Notes: generated by a model not told the origin, from the letters alone. A stretch of DNA of 64,000 nucleotides from Macrostomum lignano (GCA_002269645.1 NIVC01001157.1:256312-320311); one strand, 5' to 3'. Counted from the first letter of the stretch, positions 1 through 10,655 are shown. Translations and numbers: made by a program.

Positions 1-1192
1 GCCAGATTGCGTCCCGCAATGCAATTGGCTGAGCTGTGCAACCCCCGACACGCGCTGCAGCGGAACCTGGGAAAGAGTTTGGGACACGCCTCGCAGGAGG
101 TGGCAGCCGTAACCAAGTGTACCCGGTGCTGCTTGTCAGAGTCAACGTACGTCTCGAAATCGTAGTAAACGTACGGGGCGCTAGACTCTTTGGCTTTGGG
201 CGGGGTGACAAAGCACTCGTAGGTGGCTGTTTCGTCGTACTGCTTGCAGACTGGATACTTGGAGTGACCGCACTGATGCTCGGGGGCCTGGCCCACTTTC
301 AGTTCTTCTAGATAGCCACACGTGCCGCAAACGTGGACTGAATCACAGCGAGATCTACCCGCCCTATTCTTGCGCTTGTGATTCTCTTGACACTGAGCAT
401 TATAGCAATTTAGCCCAATTTAATCATGGCATCTCACATGCGCGGTTATGCTTGCAGTTGGCACCCGGGGTCTTGCAGGTGCTGCAGGCGTCTGCGCACT
501 TGTGCTTGGCGTTGCCGCAATCGTAGGCCATCTCGCACTTGGAGCAGTAGTGGTGGCTGCCGAAAAACGCTGGCAGCTTGGTGATCACATTGAAGTGCTG
601 CTCTACGAGGTGGAGGTGCAGAATCTCGGTGCCAGGCAGGTTGAAGATGCACCTGTTGGCCTCCTCAGCCCGGTACACACGTACACCAAAATCATGGCCT
701 GGATGCAGCCGGTTCAGGGCACGGATCGCCTCGGGCAGTACATCCACCCGAAGGCCTGCGAGACGGTTTGAAGAGTGTGTGGGGGGTAAAATATTTATTT
801 TAGTATTCCCTGATACTATGTAGGATTCTTATCGGGAAAATAGTAGAAAATGGTTCTTTTAGTATTCCATGATACTATGTCAAGTGGTTCCTTTAGTAAT
901 CCATGAAAATACTATAAACTACACTATTTTAGTTGAAATTCTTTTCGGGAACATACTAGAAACTTACCGTGTAGAGGCCAGCCTCGATTTGCAGCTTAGT
1001 CGCCAGATTAATGTGCTTAAAAACAACATTCGGCCGTCATGCGGGATGCACGCACCGGGGAGTGTGGGCCGCTTTGAGCATTTTGTCGCTCTCAAATTTC
1101 GCCGCCATGAAATCCTCGCCGGCCAAGTCTTGCTTGAAAACTTTTAGCGTGTGGGCAAACACCTCCCACAAATCTTCAGTGTTACTAATGTG
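1..1192 (-). pseudogene. polB: Distal part of the protein-primed DNA polymerase B gene of the outer Polinton (Cys/His-rich N-terminus running into the exonuclease I motif), with stops/frameshifts; continues beyond window start
   Basis: Minus-strand translation across frames: VVHISNTEDLWEVF..., HLHLVEQHFNVITKLPAFFGSHHYCSKCEMAY...HKC (424-747), YNAQCQENHKRK...SRCDSVHVCGTCGY...EHQCGHSK, then YVYYDFETYVDSDKQHRVHLV (exo I DFET motif, ~115-180). Confidence 0.85.
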
Positions 1193-1198
1193 CACCAC

Positions 1199-1553
1199 AG
1201 TAGTAAGTAAAAGTACGCTTCCAGACCCAGAGGCACCTATTAAACAGCACATTTGAAGGGCTAGAGGGGGGACACGGGGGGAATCAAAAAAACACATGTA
1301 AACACTAAACAGCACAATTAAACACAATTAAACACCCCCAATACCCCCAATAACCCCATTTAATCAAAAACACTATTAACACACCCAATCAAATCCACAC
1401 ATCAGAAATCAAACCCCCATGTCCCCCCTCTAGCCCTTCAAATCCATTGTTTCAATAGGATCTGATCTAGAAGCGTACTTTTACATACTACTACATCCAA
1501 ACACACACAAACACTCTCTAACCCGTCGCCAGCGCCGCAGGCGCAAAGGGTCT
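1199..1553. repeat. Left TIR of inner Polinton
   Basis: Near-identical reverse complement of 12339-12694; begins AGTAGT. Confidence 0.93.
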
Positions 1554-1568
1554 TTTTCTGTTACGAAA

Positions 1569-1883
1569 ATGAACCGAGTTTACACCTTTTCAGTTAGTGA
1601 TACTTTTAAGACTGTTGCTAAAAATTCAGAGATTATAAAACAGCATATTTTGAATGGAATAATTGATGAAGTATATTTAAAATATGATGACAAAAAAGAT
1701 CTAAAACTTTATCCGTTAGATTTGGATGGTTTGTATGATCTAGAACGAGCGGGTGAGTTAATATTTCAACTTGGAGATTATTTAAATTCAGACGATTGGG
1801 AGGTTCGTTCAACTGATTCCGAGTCAACAAATAGTTCATATGAAACTAGTGACTCGGAGAATGAAATTGAAATTTTTATGTAA
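1569..1883 (+). CDS. Acidic hypothetical protein of inner Polinton (104 aa)
   Basis: AAAATG start immediately inside the TIR, open frame, acidic Ser/Thr-rich C-terminus; no family recognised. Confidence 0.5.
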   Translation: MNRVYTFSVSDTFKTVAKNSEIIKQHILNGIIDEVYLKYDDKKDLKLYPLDLDGLYDLERAGELIFQLGDYLNSDDWEVRSTDSESTNSSYETSDSENEIEIFM

Positions 1884-2091
1884 AAATGAATTATTACTCA
1901 GTAACAGAAACTACATTTATTGTGAAAAATATATTTAAAAAAATGAAGGTAAATCGTATCAATGATACGCATGCTTTTCATGATTATTCCTATATCGGAA
2001 ACGTGCCGGCCAATAATTATATTAGTAATAATATTGTTTTTCTTTGTTATAAAAAATTTACTACCCTGTTGCCTTAAGTAATTGTACGAAC

Positions 2092-2900
2092 TTAGTTCGC
2101 AGATATTATCTGGTTCTCATAAAAGGAACCCAATATTTCTTCACCATCTTTATCAGCAATGATATAGGTTGTAGGATTTGTATTTAAAACTTTACTGATG
2201 GTAAATTTCTCACTTATCTTCCAATATCCTTTTCTTCCCTTTTCAAACTTATCTTTCCATTTATAAATATAAACAGAATTACCAACTTTAAAACCTTTAG
2301 TTTTCTTTTTTTCAAACTCTCCAAAAGTGACTTTAACATTTTCAGGAGTGTTATAGCTTGTTGAGGAGTCATTTTTATAGCTGAATGATATGAATTATTA
2401 TAATCTTTCACAACGTCTGGTAATATTTTTACCCACTTTTGGTTACCATTAATACTAAACTGAAACCACAATTTCTTACCTAAAGTTCGATTAACTCTTT
2501 CAATCAGTGCGTTTTTGCTTTCTCCATAAATAGAATAAATTTTATTAATATACTCACCATTCGCGTCTTTTTTCCTTTCTTTTCCTTTTTCAAAATGATA
2601 CAATTTATACATATGATGATTGTAAAATTCTTTTCCTTCATCAACACACAACCTATCACTTTTTTCTCTAAGATTTTTAAAAGCAGCGGCAATCTCCTCT
2701 CCTTTTTTGGATTTCAAAGGAACAGCCCACGCATTTCGAGTAAGATATATCCAGATATAACTATCCAGTATGGTTAAGATATATTTATATCCTCTTTCGT
2801 TCGGCATTGACATTAAATCAGCATATCAAATTTCATTCTTTTTGAAGTTAATGATTTTTCTATAAAATTTAGGCTTTCGGTATTCTTTGTGAAGAACCTT
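2092..2900 (-). pseudogene. int: Polinton retroviral-like (rve/DDE) integrase, with a W-to-stop and a frameshift
   Basis: LHKEYRKP...NEI*YADLMSMP...YKYILTILD...AWAVPLKSK...LCVDEGKEF...ALIERVNRTL...YNNSYHSAIKMTP, plus C-terminal KVGNSVYIYKWKDKFEKG...TYIIADKDGEEILGSFYE. Confidence 0.88.
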
Positions 2901-2989
2901 TGCCTCATCAGAACTTAACCCACCACCACTTAATAACAAACACTCTACACAATTATTTTCATGTTGATTGTAATTAATTCCCAAACCAA

Positions 2990-3680
2990 ATTTCACTTTA
3001 GATTGCAAGATCTTTTTAACCATCCACCGAGTTAATCTCTGGCTTACCGATAATCCCTGTAAATTATCTAATCCTTCAATCATTTTTCTATCGGCTTCAT
3101 GCTTTAATCTTATGCTTCCTCAGGAGAATTCTTGTCAGCATCTCTGTATGCTAAGTCATGATAATATGCTAACCAATCAATACCATTGATGGGAATTGAA
3201 TCAGCTTTTGGAGTATCATCAGGATTTAATCTCAAATCCAGCCTAGTCCCGGGTAGTTTGCCCTCAATCTTTCGAAAGAGGCTGGAGCACACCTTAAGCG
3301 GTTAAATTACCACCCACCTCCGTCTGCTCTCTGAACCTTCTCCTTATACTTTTATACTTAGGAGCTTGACTGCGCATTGTCACCATGTCTTCAAGCTTGT
3401 TACCTTTGGGAAGAGGAGTTACCTCTGTTCCTTCAAAAGATTTCTCAATTGAAGTGGTACTTGAAGCTGTATGACGGGTTTCACGCAATTTGAAGGTGTC
3501 GCCACAAATAGTGACTAGCAGTAGCTTTGCTTCTACCACTCAGGCCACGGGTTAACCTGTGAAGTTCATTGATGGTAGGTGTAGTTCCCCAGTATATTTT
3601 CCAGTAGTAAAGATTGGTGGTAAGCCTGTTAGTCCTTTTTGAACATCTAAAAATCCACCTTCAAACAAAAGTTGGCTCAT
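2990..3680 (-). pseudogene. Parvovirus VP1-type phospholipase A2 gene, interrupted by a ~300-bp insertion and a 1-nt frameshift
   Basis: MSQLLFEGGFLDVQ...GELHLPSMNFTG / PGTRLDLRL...PINGIDWLAYYHDLAYRD...RLKHEADRKM...KVKFGLG; the FTGPG Ca-binding loop and HD motif match the Parvo_coat_N-type PLA2 pattern. Confidence 0.8.
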
Positions 3681-4292
3681 TTTTAATAGCCTTAAAAATA
3701 CAAGTTAACACTAATTGTTTTGCAAATTCTTTAATTGTTGGTTTTTTAACAAATTTAGTTTTATTATCCATAGCAGCTAGGTATCTTTTATTTGTCCAAT
3801 GTTCCGACTTTTTAATTTGTTCCTCATTGCGATAATCAAAAGATGAAGCAGGAATAAAATGATCCACATGCAAAACACCAATATAATCTTTTGGCAAATA
3901 ATAATGTTTGGTGAAATTTAACCAATCTTTAAAGAATTCAATTGGGCAACCAAGATAATAAATAGTATGGTTGTCTTTTTGACCATTAGTTGATTTTAAT
4001 AGTTTATTTATTCTAGTTCGCGTGTTTACAATAAGTTTGAAATTTTCATCTTCACTATATCTTGTTTTTCTATATTGATTAACTTTTTCTTTATTGTTTT
4101 GTGCATATATTAACTTTCTCTATAATTTTTTCTTTATTTTCAGCATAATATCGAGGATAGCAAATATTCTTTTTGATAAAATTTCCCACATTCTTTGCAA
4201 TTACCTTCATATCGATTCTGGGTTATTCTATATCTAAACTCAAGCAAAAAATTCTCTTCTTTACATCTACTACAGATCTTTTTAGTTTCCAT
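3661..4292 (-). pseudogene. HNH-type endonuclease (frameshifted)
   Basis: N-terminal CKEC zinc pair, TRYSEDENFKLIVNTRTRINKLLK...YLGCPIEFFKDWL, then LHVDHFIPASSFDY...HWTN...DNKTK. Confidence 0.65.
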
Positions 4293-4316
4293 TTTATGAA
4301 AAAATAAATTTAACAT

Positions 4317-4994
4317 CTAAATAATTCCTGTATGTCCAGCAGCTTTGGCAGCGGCTAAAACAAGTTTTCGTGGAGTTTTAAATCCTTCGCCAACAGCTCG
4401 TTTGTTATTTATTGATTGATCAATCCTTTTATACAAACTAGTGTTTTTAACACCCCCTACTCCTAACTCATCATAAAAAAATTTAGCACTTACTAATTCA
4501 TCCACAGTATATAAATCAGGATTAAACTTTACTCTAGGGTTCATAATAATATTATATGCTTCACCCAATTCTCTATATAGCTCATTCCGATTTTTATCAA
4601 CCCCACCAATTCGATAATTATCATTATCTAAATCCGTCACGCTAATACTTTGTGGAGAAGCTCTCTGATATTGTTCCCTACCACCCAGTTCTGCAGCCCT
4701 AATCTCTGCAACTCTCAATTGTGCTTGATCAACATCATAAGCGGGCGGTTCATCCTCAATTACATCTTCCTCTTTTGGCTCCGTATTCTTAGCAATTTTT
4801 TCAAGAAGCTCTTTATCAGTTTTTGTTAATTCACTAATTTTCCCCGTAATAGGATTAACAAAAGGAGCAGCAAATCTTTCACCAGCTAACTGTATTCCTA
4901 ACTTTCTTTTTTGTAAATCCCTAACAAAATCAGAATATCTTTGTTTCTCTTTATAAATCGCTAATTCACCATCAACATCCATAAATTGACTCAT
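4317..4994 (-). CDS. Polinton hypothetical protein (225 aa)
   Basis: Long open frame in AT-rich DNA, AAAAAATG start, head-to-head with the capsid gene; no family recognised. Confidence 0.6.
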   Translation of the reverse strand: MSQFMDVDGELAIYKEKQRYSDFVRDLQKRKLGIQLAGERFAAPFVNPITGKISELTKTDKELLEKIAKNTEPKEEDVIEDEPPAYDVDQAQLRVAEIRAAELGGREQYQRASPQSISVTDLDNDNYRIGGVDKNRNELYRELGEAYNIIMNPRVKFNPDLYTVDELVSAKFFYDELGVGGVKNTSLYKRIDQSINNKRAVGEGFKTPRKLVLAAAKAAGHTGII

Positions 4995-5028
4995 TTTTTA
5001 ACATAAAAAACTTTTTTAACTTAAAAAA

Positions 5029-5585
5029 ATGGCTGAAACAAAAAACAGATGGAGTGATAAGTATTATTTCAAAAAACCACGGCAATATATCAATGAGGTC
5101 AGGGCAAAAGATTTAAATTATACCCTACCAACAAGCGATAATTCAAACAATTTTACTACCGGAACGGTAACTTTTGATGTTGGTGCAACTAATACGATAC
5201 TAATGCAACTAAACGCATTTTCCGTGTTAGATGCTTATATACACGAAATGACGGAACAGCTCTTGCGGCCGGCGATATAGCCGATCGTTCTGGTATTGTT
5301 ATCGAGAAAGATTGGTTTTATAAATGTTTTTCCCAAGCGCAACTAAGAATTAACGGAGCTGAGGTTGAGACATCAACAAACCCCGCAGAGATTAATGGAG
5401 TTCTTAAACATTTAAATTATACTTATTTATCAAAACAGGTTGGTGATAATGTTGGATGGATGCCCGATAAGGGAGATGGTGGAGCAATAAATTTTCCTAC
5501 CATAGCACCAGCAGCCGGCGCAGATACCGCTGCTCTTATTAATTACCTTAATACAAACATAGTTCCCGTTGTTGTTGAGCTGTTG
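5029..5585 (+). pseudogene. N-terminal fragment of a Polinton double-jelly-roll major capsid protein (frameshifted, truncated)
   Basis: MAETKNRW...TVTFDV... then, in another frame, WFYKCFSQAQLRINGAEVETSTNP...VLKHLNY, resembling the conserved FSQxxxxxNGxxxE segment of Polinton MCPs. Confidence 0.6.
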
Positions 5586-6828
5586 AGCTAATTTTTTGTA
5601 CATTCAGCCGTATCTTGTTGTTTAGGACATTTGAGGGGTATGTTTGATGCTTCAAAATCAGCATATATTACAATTGGTTTTTTAATTGCCATAAAATGTT
5701 GTTGGAACTTTAATATTTGTTCTTTTTCATTGGGCATTACAACATTAGTAAATAATTAGGTTTTTAAGAGCACTTTCATTCTTTTTAAATGTGAAACAAT
5801 TTCTACATATTGGCATTCTATTTCCATTTGTTCTTAATAAGGAACAAATATCTTTTATGTATATATAATGTGTATTGTTTTCATGCTGTATGTACAATAA
5901 ATCGATTTGGTCTGGTGCTGTTATATCAGTTGCTGGCTTAATAAGAAAACATCTTTTTTTTATATCATTCTTTATCGTGTGCTTTAACCCAATCGTTTGG
6001 CTGTTCAATTGAAAATACATTAATATTTAACCCATTCATTTTTTCAATCTTATATATATCATCTATGGATACTGGGTAGGATATGTCTTTCATTATTATT
6101 TCATCCACATAATCTCTAATAATATATTTTATTTACATGCCATTTTACTTGTTTGTGATATTTTTGAATTAGTAAACACCATAATAAACACTTATCATCT
6201 TCATTGTTGGGATTTATGATCATGGGAGATGTAAATCCTGGATCCATATGTGATCGTCCTCGAAGAACTTCAATAGGAACAATCTTTACTGTGGCTGAGT
6301 TATAAGAAACAAAAATGAAGCCTGATCCGTTTTCTGTCATCTTATCAATCCATTTATCAAACTCTGCTTCGATATTATCAAATTGTTTGGTATATGTTCC
6401 CATTGATAAAAGTGACTTATATGATTCTTGTGAAAAGGTATTTATTACTTCAATTTCTGAAATTGCATTTATCATATTTGGTTTTTTAAATTCTGTTTCA
6501 ATTTCAATTTTATACCTAACTGGCTGCCGTTTGTTATTTTGTCTCATAGTATATTCGTCTAATACGGTCTTTAATTTTTCTTTCATTTGTTTAAAATATT
6601 CTTTATAATCTGTATTCATATCAATATTAATATTTATTATTTCAGCACCATTCGCTGGTGGTGATGCTGTTTGTTCGATAATATCTAATTGTGTTTGTAA
6701 ATTGATTTCATTTTCTGCTCTAATTCTAGCTTCTATTTCCGCCCTATCGGCAATTCGTTGTGCTTTGATTTGAGCTATTAATTGAGCTCTAAGTTCTGGG
6801 TTGTCGATTTGAGCTAAAATATTTCCAT
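5585..6828 (-). pseudogene. polB: 5' part of a second, different pPolB gene (GSG[W/F]-type N-terminus) truncated just after exonuclease motif I
   Basis: TENGSGFIF...LRGRSHMDP...IINPNNEDDKCLLWCLL; IDLLYI...THYIYIKDICSLL...ICRNC; PIVIYADFEAS at ~5650-5690. Confidence 0.8.
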
Positions 6829-6879
6829 TTTATAGAATAAAATTTATACAATGTTTGAATTATTGGTTTTTTAATTTTA

Positions 6880-7812
6880 TGTTTTGGGCATCCTGACCCT
6901 CCCCACAGGAGCTTATTCGAGTTCCGCTTTTGGTAACAGTAAGCCACTACCCATAACGTTTGCATTTAAGAAGATTCCTGAACCTGCTTTTGGTCGCATT
7001 TCGAGATATAATCCGCTTCCGTCATGTTTTTTAATTATGTTAAAATCTTTTCCTAATTTATTAAAAATTTTCTGAACCGCAGGTCTAAAATTAGCTCCGA
7101 TATTGTCGAAAAATCCTTTAGCTTCTTCGCCGGTTTTTCCAAGGTTTGACCGAATTCATGAAATTTGTCTGCGACAACTCCGCTTCCGTGGGTCATTCCT
7201 TGCAAGATTAAACCCTCACCGTGAGTTGTTCCTTTTAAAATTAAACCTTTTCCGGCTGCTAACCTAGCTTCTGCATTTTTTTTGTTCTGGTGTTGCTGAA
7301 CTACTATTAATTGTGTCTATAAGTTTTTGTTTGAATTGTGCGTCCTGCGTTATTTGCTGTCTTTGAAATTCTGCATCTCGTTTAGCTTTTTCATCCGCAG
7401 CTTTTTTGTCATTTACTGCTTTTGCAACTCCAGCCGCTCCACCAGCGACTCCTTCAGCCGCGGCAATTCCTCCAAAAATTATTGGGAGCAAAGTTGCAAG
7501 TGGAAGTATGCCCCCTTGTTTTTCTTTTAATTTTGCTCACTGTTTTCGGTTATCATGAATCCTTTTGCCTGCTAAACCGGCTGCTCCTGCTGCCCCAAGT
7601 CCTAAAAGGATTGGTAGAAAGGGTAGTAATCCACCATCCCTTTTTATGTGAGTCTCCATTAAAAATTTTACATCAGAATCTGTTAGCCTATAGGTTTTAC
7701 GGTTGTGCTTAAATGAAATGGGTCTTCCTTCTTGTGCATATTTTGCAGCGAGTTTAAAAGTATCAATATCATAATCCAATTTTTTACCTAAACGATCTAA
7801 TCTTTTTAACAT
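6880..7812 (-). pseudogene. Gly-rich virion core / membrane-active-like protein gene(s), frameshifted
   Basis: DGGLLPFLPILLGLGAAGAAGLAG (7537-7812), LPIIFGGIAAAEGVAGGAAGVAKAVNDKKAA (7264-7491) and repeated GxGL/GSG motifs (6884-7260); a pattern I recognise from Polinton structural genes. Confidence 0.5.
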
Positions 7813-8034
7813 TGAGTGACTATGTTTGTTATCATCTAAATTTAAGGTGTCTACTATTTCTCCTATAAAATAAAGACGATACTACTAAGCAACGGTAGAT
7901 CCGTCGATTTTGGAGGTGGGGTGGGTGTCAACCCTCCTCGCCTCTCATTGGCTGGCGCCCCGATCACTAGGTGATAGATACCCGTATCGATATCGGCGCT
8001 CGGCGCGCGCGCGCCGCAGGCGCGTGGCGCCAAG

Positions 8035-9435
8035 CGCCGCAGGCGCACCTACCGATATGTACCGATATGTATGCTCACCCTACCGACATGTACCCCGATA
8101 TGTACACCCTCCCGAGCCGCAGGCGCACCCTCCTGAGCCGCAGACGCCCATGCCGCAGGCGCCCCGAGTGTACACTCTCCCGAGCCAAAGGTACACTCTC
8201 CCCAGTACACTCTCCCCAGTACACTCTCCCGATATGTACACTCTCCACAGTACACTCTCCCGATATGTATGCATACACAGATATGTAGTCAACGATATTA
8301 GGCTAGTGAAAACTACTTATAGTAGGTGAAATTGAGTATATTTACATAAAAATGTAGATAAAACATATTGGTAGGTGAATAATGACGCATATTACATATT
8401 AAAATGTACATATTGGAGCATATGAGCAGCAAAAACACACAATGTAGGTGCATATTTGACAGAAATAGACAAAGCAGGTACTGTAAGCACTACATAGGTG
8501 GTAATACACACAGTATAAAGTAGGTTTACAAAGTGTACTTTCGATACATATCGGATTAATGTATAAAGCGGGTTTACAAGGCATGCATATATCAGAAGGT
8601 GTAGTTGTATAATACAGGCGCGCATGTATAATCAGATTATAGGCAAACGCCCAGGTGCAATTTCAACAGACGCGTAAATAATGTCACACCGACTAAAGAG
8701 TAAATATTGTCTAACCCGCAGGTGCATAAATATTAAACAAAAGCGGTTCGGGGAAATCCCAAAAGGGAGGTTTTAGCCGCCCGTTTTCGCCGCCCTAACC
8801 CTCTTATGGGTACAATTGCGTTGAAAATATTTCAAGTCATTAGGTTGTAAGACCCTCCATATTTTAGGTGGGTGGACTCGAGCCCGGGGCCAGCCCATTA
8901 CAGTTTTTTGGGCCGGCCCCTCTGCCAATTTCCTCCCTAGGTGCGAGCTATCAGAATTGGTCTTTTAACCCCCGTGTATACACACATAGAGGCCCCCCAG
9001 CTAGCGTCCCATTCTAACCTACCCAGTGTACAGTGTTGGGTTCCCCAAACCGCGTACAAAGAGAAATACCTTATCAGTCAATCTCCATACGCTCCCTCAG
9101 GGCTGTCTCGTACGCGGCCTCTTCCTCCACGCTCTCGAAGCAGTAGTCGGATGACTGGCAATGTGGAAATTATAACAGTCAATGTAGATAGAATATAGGC
9201 AAGGTATATGATTAGATGAGTTGTGTATACAGTGTAATATCTTACCAAACCTAAATCCTCCTCCAGCCGCCACAGGCGTAGAGACGCTGTATAGCGCACC
9301 AACGAAAGGTGCTCCTCCCAGTTGGTAGACCGGATAGCTACTGCAGGCTCATCCCACGCAGTCGGGCGCGCTCCCGGACCGGCCAGGTACGCCTCCGAGT
9401 CGGGGGCATACGAATTACGCCCTATTAGCCAATCC
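8035..9435. repeat. Left arm of a ~1.4-kb inverted duplication
   Basis: Reverse complement of 10661-12070 with a few substitutions and small indels; includes short TACACTCTCC and GCCGCAGGCGC repeats at 8035-8280. Confidence 0.93.
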
Positions 9436-10010
9436 TGGTGTAGCGTCTCCGCCTCCAGCACCTCCCGCAGATCAGCCCCTCGGGCCACCAAAGTATCAAG
9501 AACCCGATTAAAGGCTCTGACAAAGGTGGCTTGGGAGGGCAGGCCGCCAGGGTGGCGAGACCTCAACCAGTCAATGTCCCCGCGGAAAAATGAGGCCACA
9601 ATGCGAGGAAAGCGCTCACGAACCACGGCGATCTCCTCAGACATATCCTCGTCCTCATCGTCGAAGAGAAGGAGCGTAGAGGCTGATGATATTGAGGCCC
9701 GGTGGGAGGTAGTTGAAGCAGAGGCGGCAGCGGCAGAGACGGGCGCAGTAGAGACAGAGGCGGCAGCAGCAGCAGGGGCGCCGTTCACAACCCCGCCGAT
9801 AGCCAGCAGCGGGAGGTCAAAAACTTCAGAGTCGGTGTCGCTATCATAGGACATGGCCCAAGCTAGATATTGATCAGCCTCCCAATTATCGGTTCCGTTG
9901 TTTTCAGTGCCTAGGGGAACTATGTGTTCAGGGATATCACCCTCGAGGCTGGTTAACTCTTCAGTCGGGCGATTATTATCCCAGAGGTTGGATAGAGCTC
10001 GGCGGGCCAT
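9078..10010 (-). CDS. Orphan protein (310 aa), acidic/Ala-rich N-half
   Basis: CAACATGG start with a TATATAA box at ~10077-10083; homologous 5' end recurs at 14752-14790. Confidence 0.6.
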   Translation of the reverse strand: MARRALSNLWDNNRPTEELTSLEGDIPEHIVPLGTENNGTDNWEADQYLAWAMSYDSDTDSEVFDLPLLAIGGVVNGAPAAAAASVSTAPVSAAAASASTTSHRASISSASTLLLFDDEDEDMSEEIAVVRERFPRIVASFFRGDIDWLRSRHPGGLPSQATFVRAFNRVLDTLVARGADLREVLEAETLHQDWLIGRNSYAPDSEAYLAGPGARPTAWDEPAVAIRSTNWEEHLSLVRYTASLRLWRLEEDLGLVRYYTVYTTHLIIYLAYILSTLTVIISTLPVIRLLLRERGGRGRVRDSPEGAYGD

Positions 10011-10121
10011 GTTGGAATCAACAGAGAGTAAAGTATTAGAGCTAGGATAGGTTCGACTCTCCAGAGAGGAAACACTAATTATATAGACGGATCGAGTGAG
10101 GCGGTGCGAACCAATAGGAAA

Positions 10122-10655
10122 CTAGCAGTCCCAACCCTCGTTATACAGATTTTCCCAGGGCGGAGATTGGTAGGGTTTGAGACCCACAAGCTGAAGAACA
10201 TCCTCCTCAGTCCTGGCTACCGGAGGCGTGTCTGTCTTGACTCGCTTGGCTGGAGGGGGTGCCTCAGGTACCGGCTTGAAGAGCTTGTCCAAACGGGCGG
10301 CAAACATCCTGCGCCACAGTTCAGGCGTGAATTCGATCGTGTAGCGCCAATTAAACTTTGGGTCCTGATTGAGCCAATTGCGCAGCAAACGGATCCTCCC
10401 TCGCGAAGCTTCAACTGCCTTGAAATTGCCCAACAGGACCCGCTTGTTCACGTGAAGGCGGGCAGCAGCCTCCAGGTCAGGGCGCGCAGCTTCGAGCTTC
10501 TTCCACTCTGGCTCGCTCAAGTAGATTGCAGGGAAGCCGTCCTTCCACACTCCGGCCTCGTTGGTGTAGAGACGCCGAATTTCAATCAAGTTGTGTTCAG
10601 TTTCAAATGTGGGCTTCCGCGCCACAAAGTTTTCGTATAGAGAGATAGAAGACAT
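10122..10655 (-). CDS. Tandem PC4-like (putative ssDNA-binding) protein, 177 aa; original promoter replaced by the inverted arm
   Basis: LIEIRRLYTNEAGVWKDGFPAIYLSEPEWKKL fits the PC4 core pattern IDIRxY...GxxKxG..IxL..EQWxxL; a second weaker repeat ends TIEFTPELWRRM; close paralogue of 14090-14635. Confidence 0.6.
   Translation of the reverse strand: MSSISLYENFVARKPTFETEHNLIEIRRLYTNEAGVWKDGFPAIYLSEPEWKKLEAARPDLEAAARLHVNKRVLLGNFKAVEASRGRIRLLRNWLNQDPKFNWRYTIEFTPELWRRMFAARLDKLFKPVPEAPPPAKRVKTDTPPVARTEEDVLQLVGLKPYQSPPWENLYNEGWDC

Noticed and set aside
7881-7886. ACTACT as a Polinton right terminus pairing with 1199
   Set aside because: No inverted repeat or matching TSD; it lies in the upstream region of the 7537-7812 gene. 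The real partner end is at 12694.
7863-8329. Several overlapping ORFs rich in YTL/PQA/GEC (also 11790-12219)
   Set aside because: Products of short tandem repeats in all frames; no coding signal.
9322-10640. Plus-strand ORFs 9322-9849 and 10104-10640 (and 13958-14629 minus)
   Set aside because: Antisense shadows of the GC-rich 310-aa and PC4-like genes.
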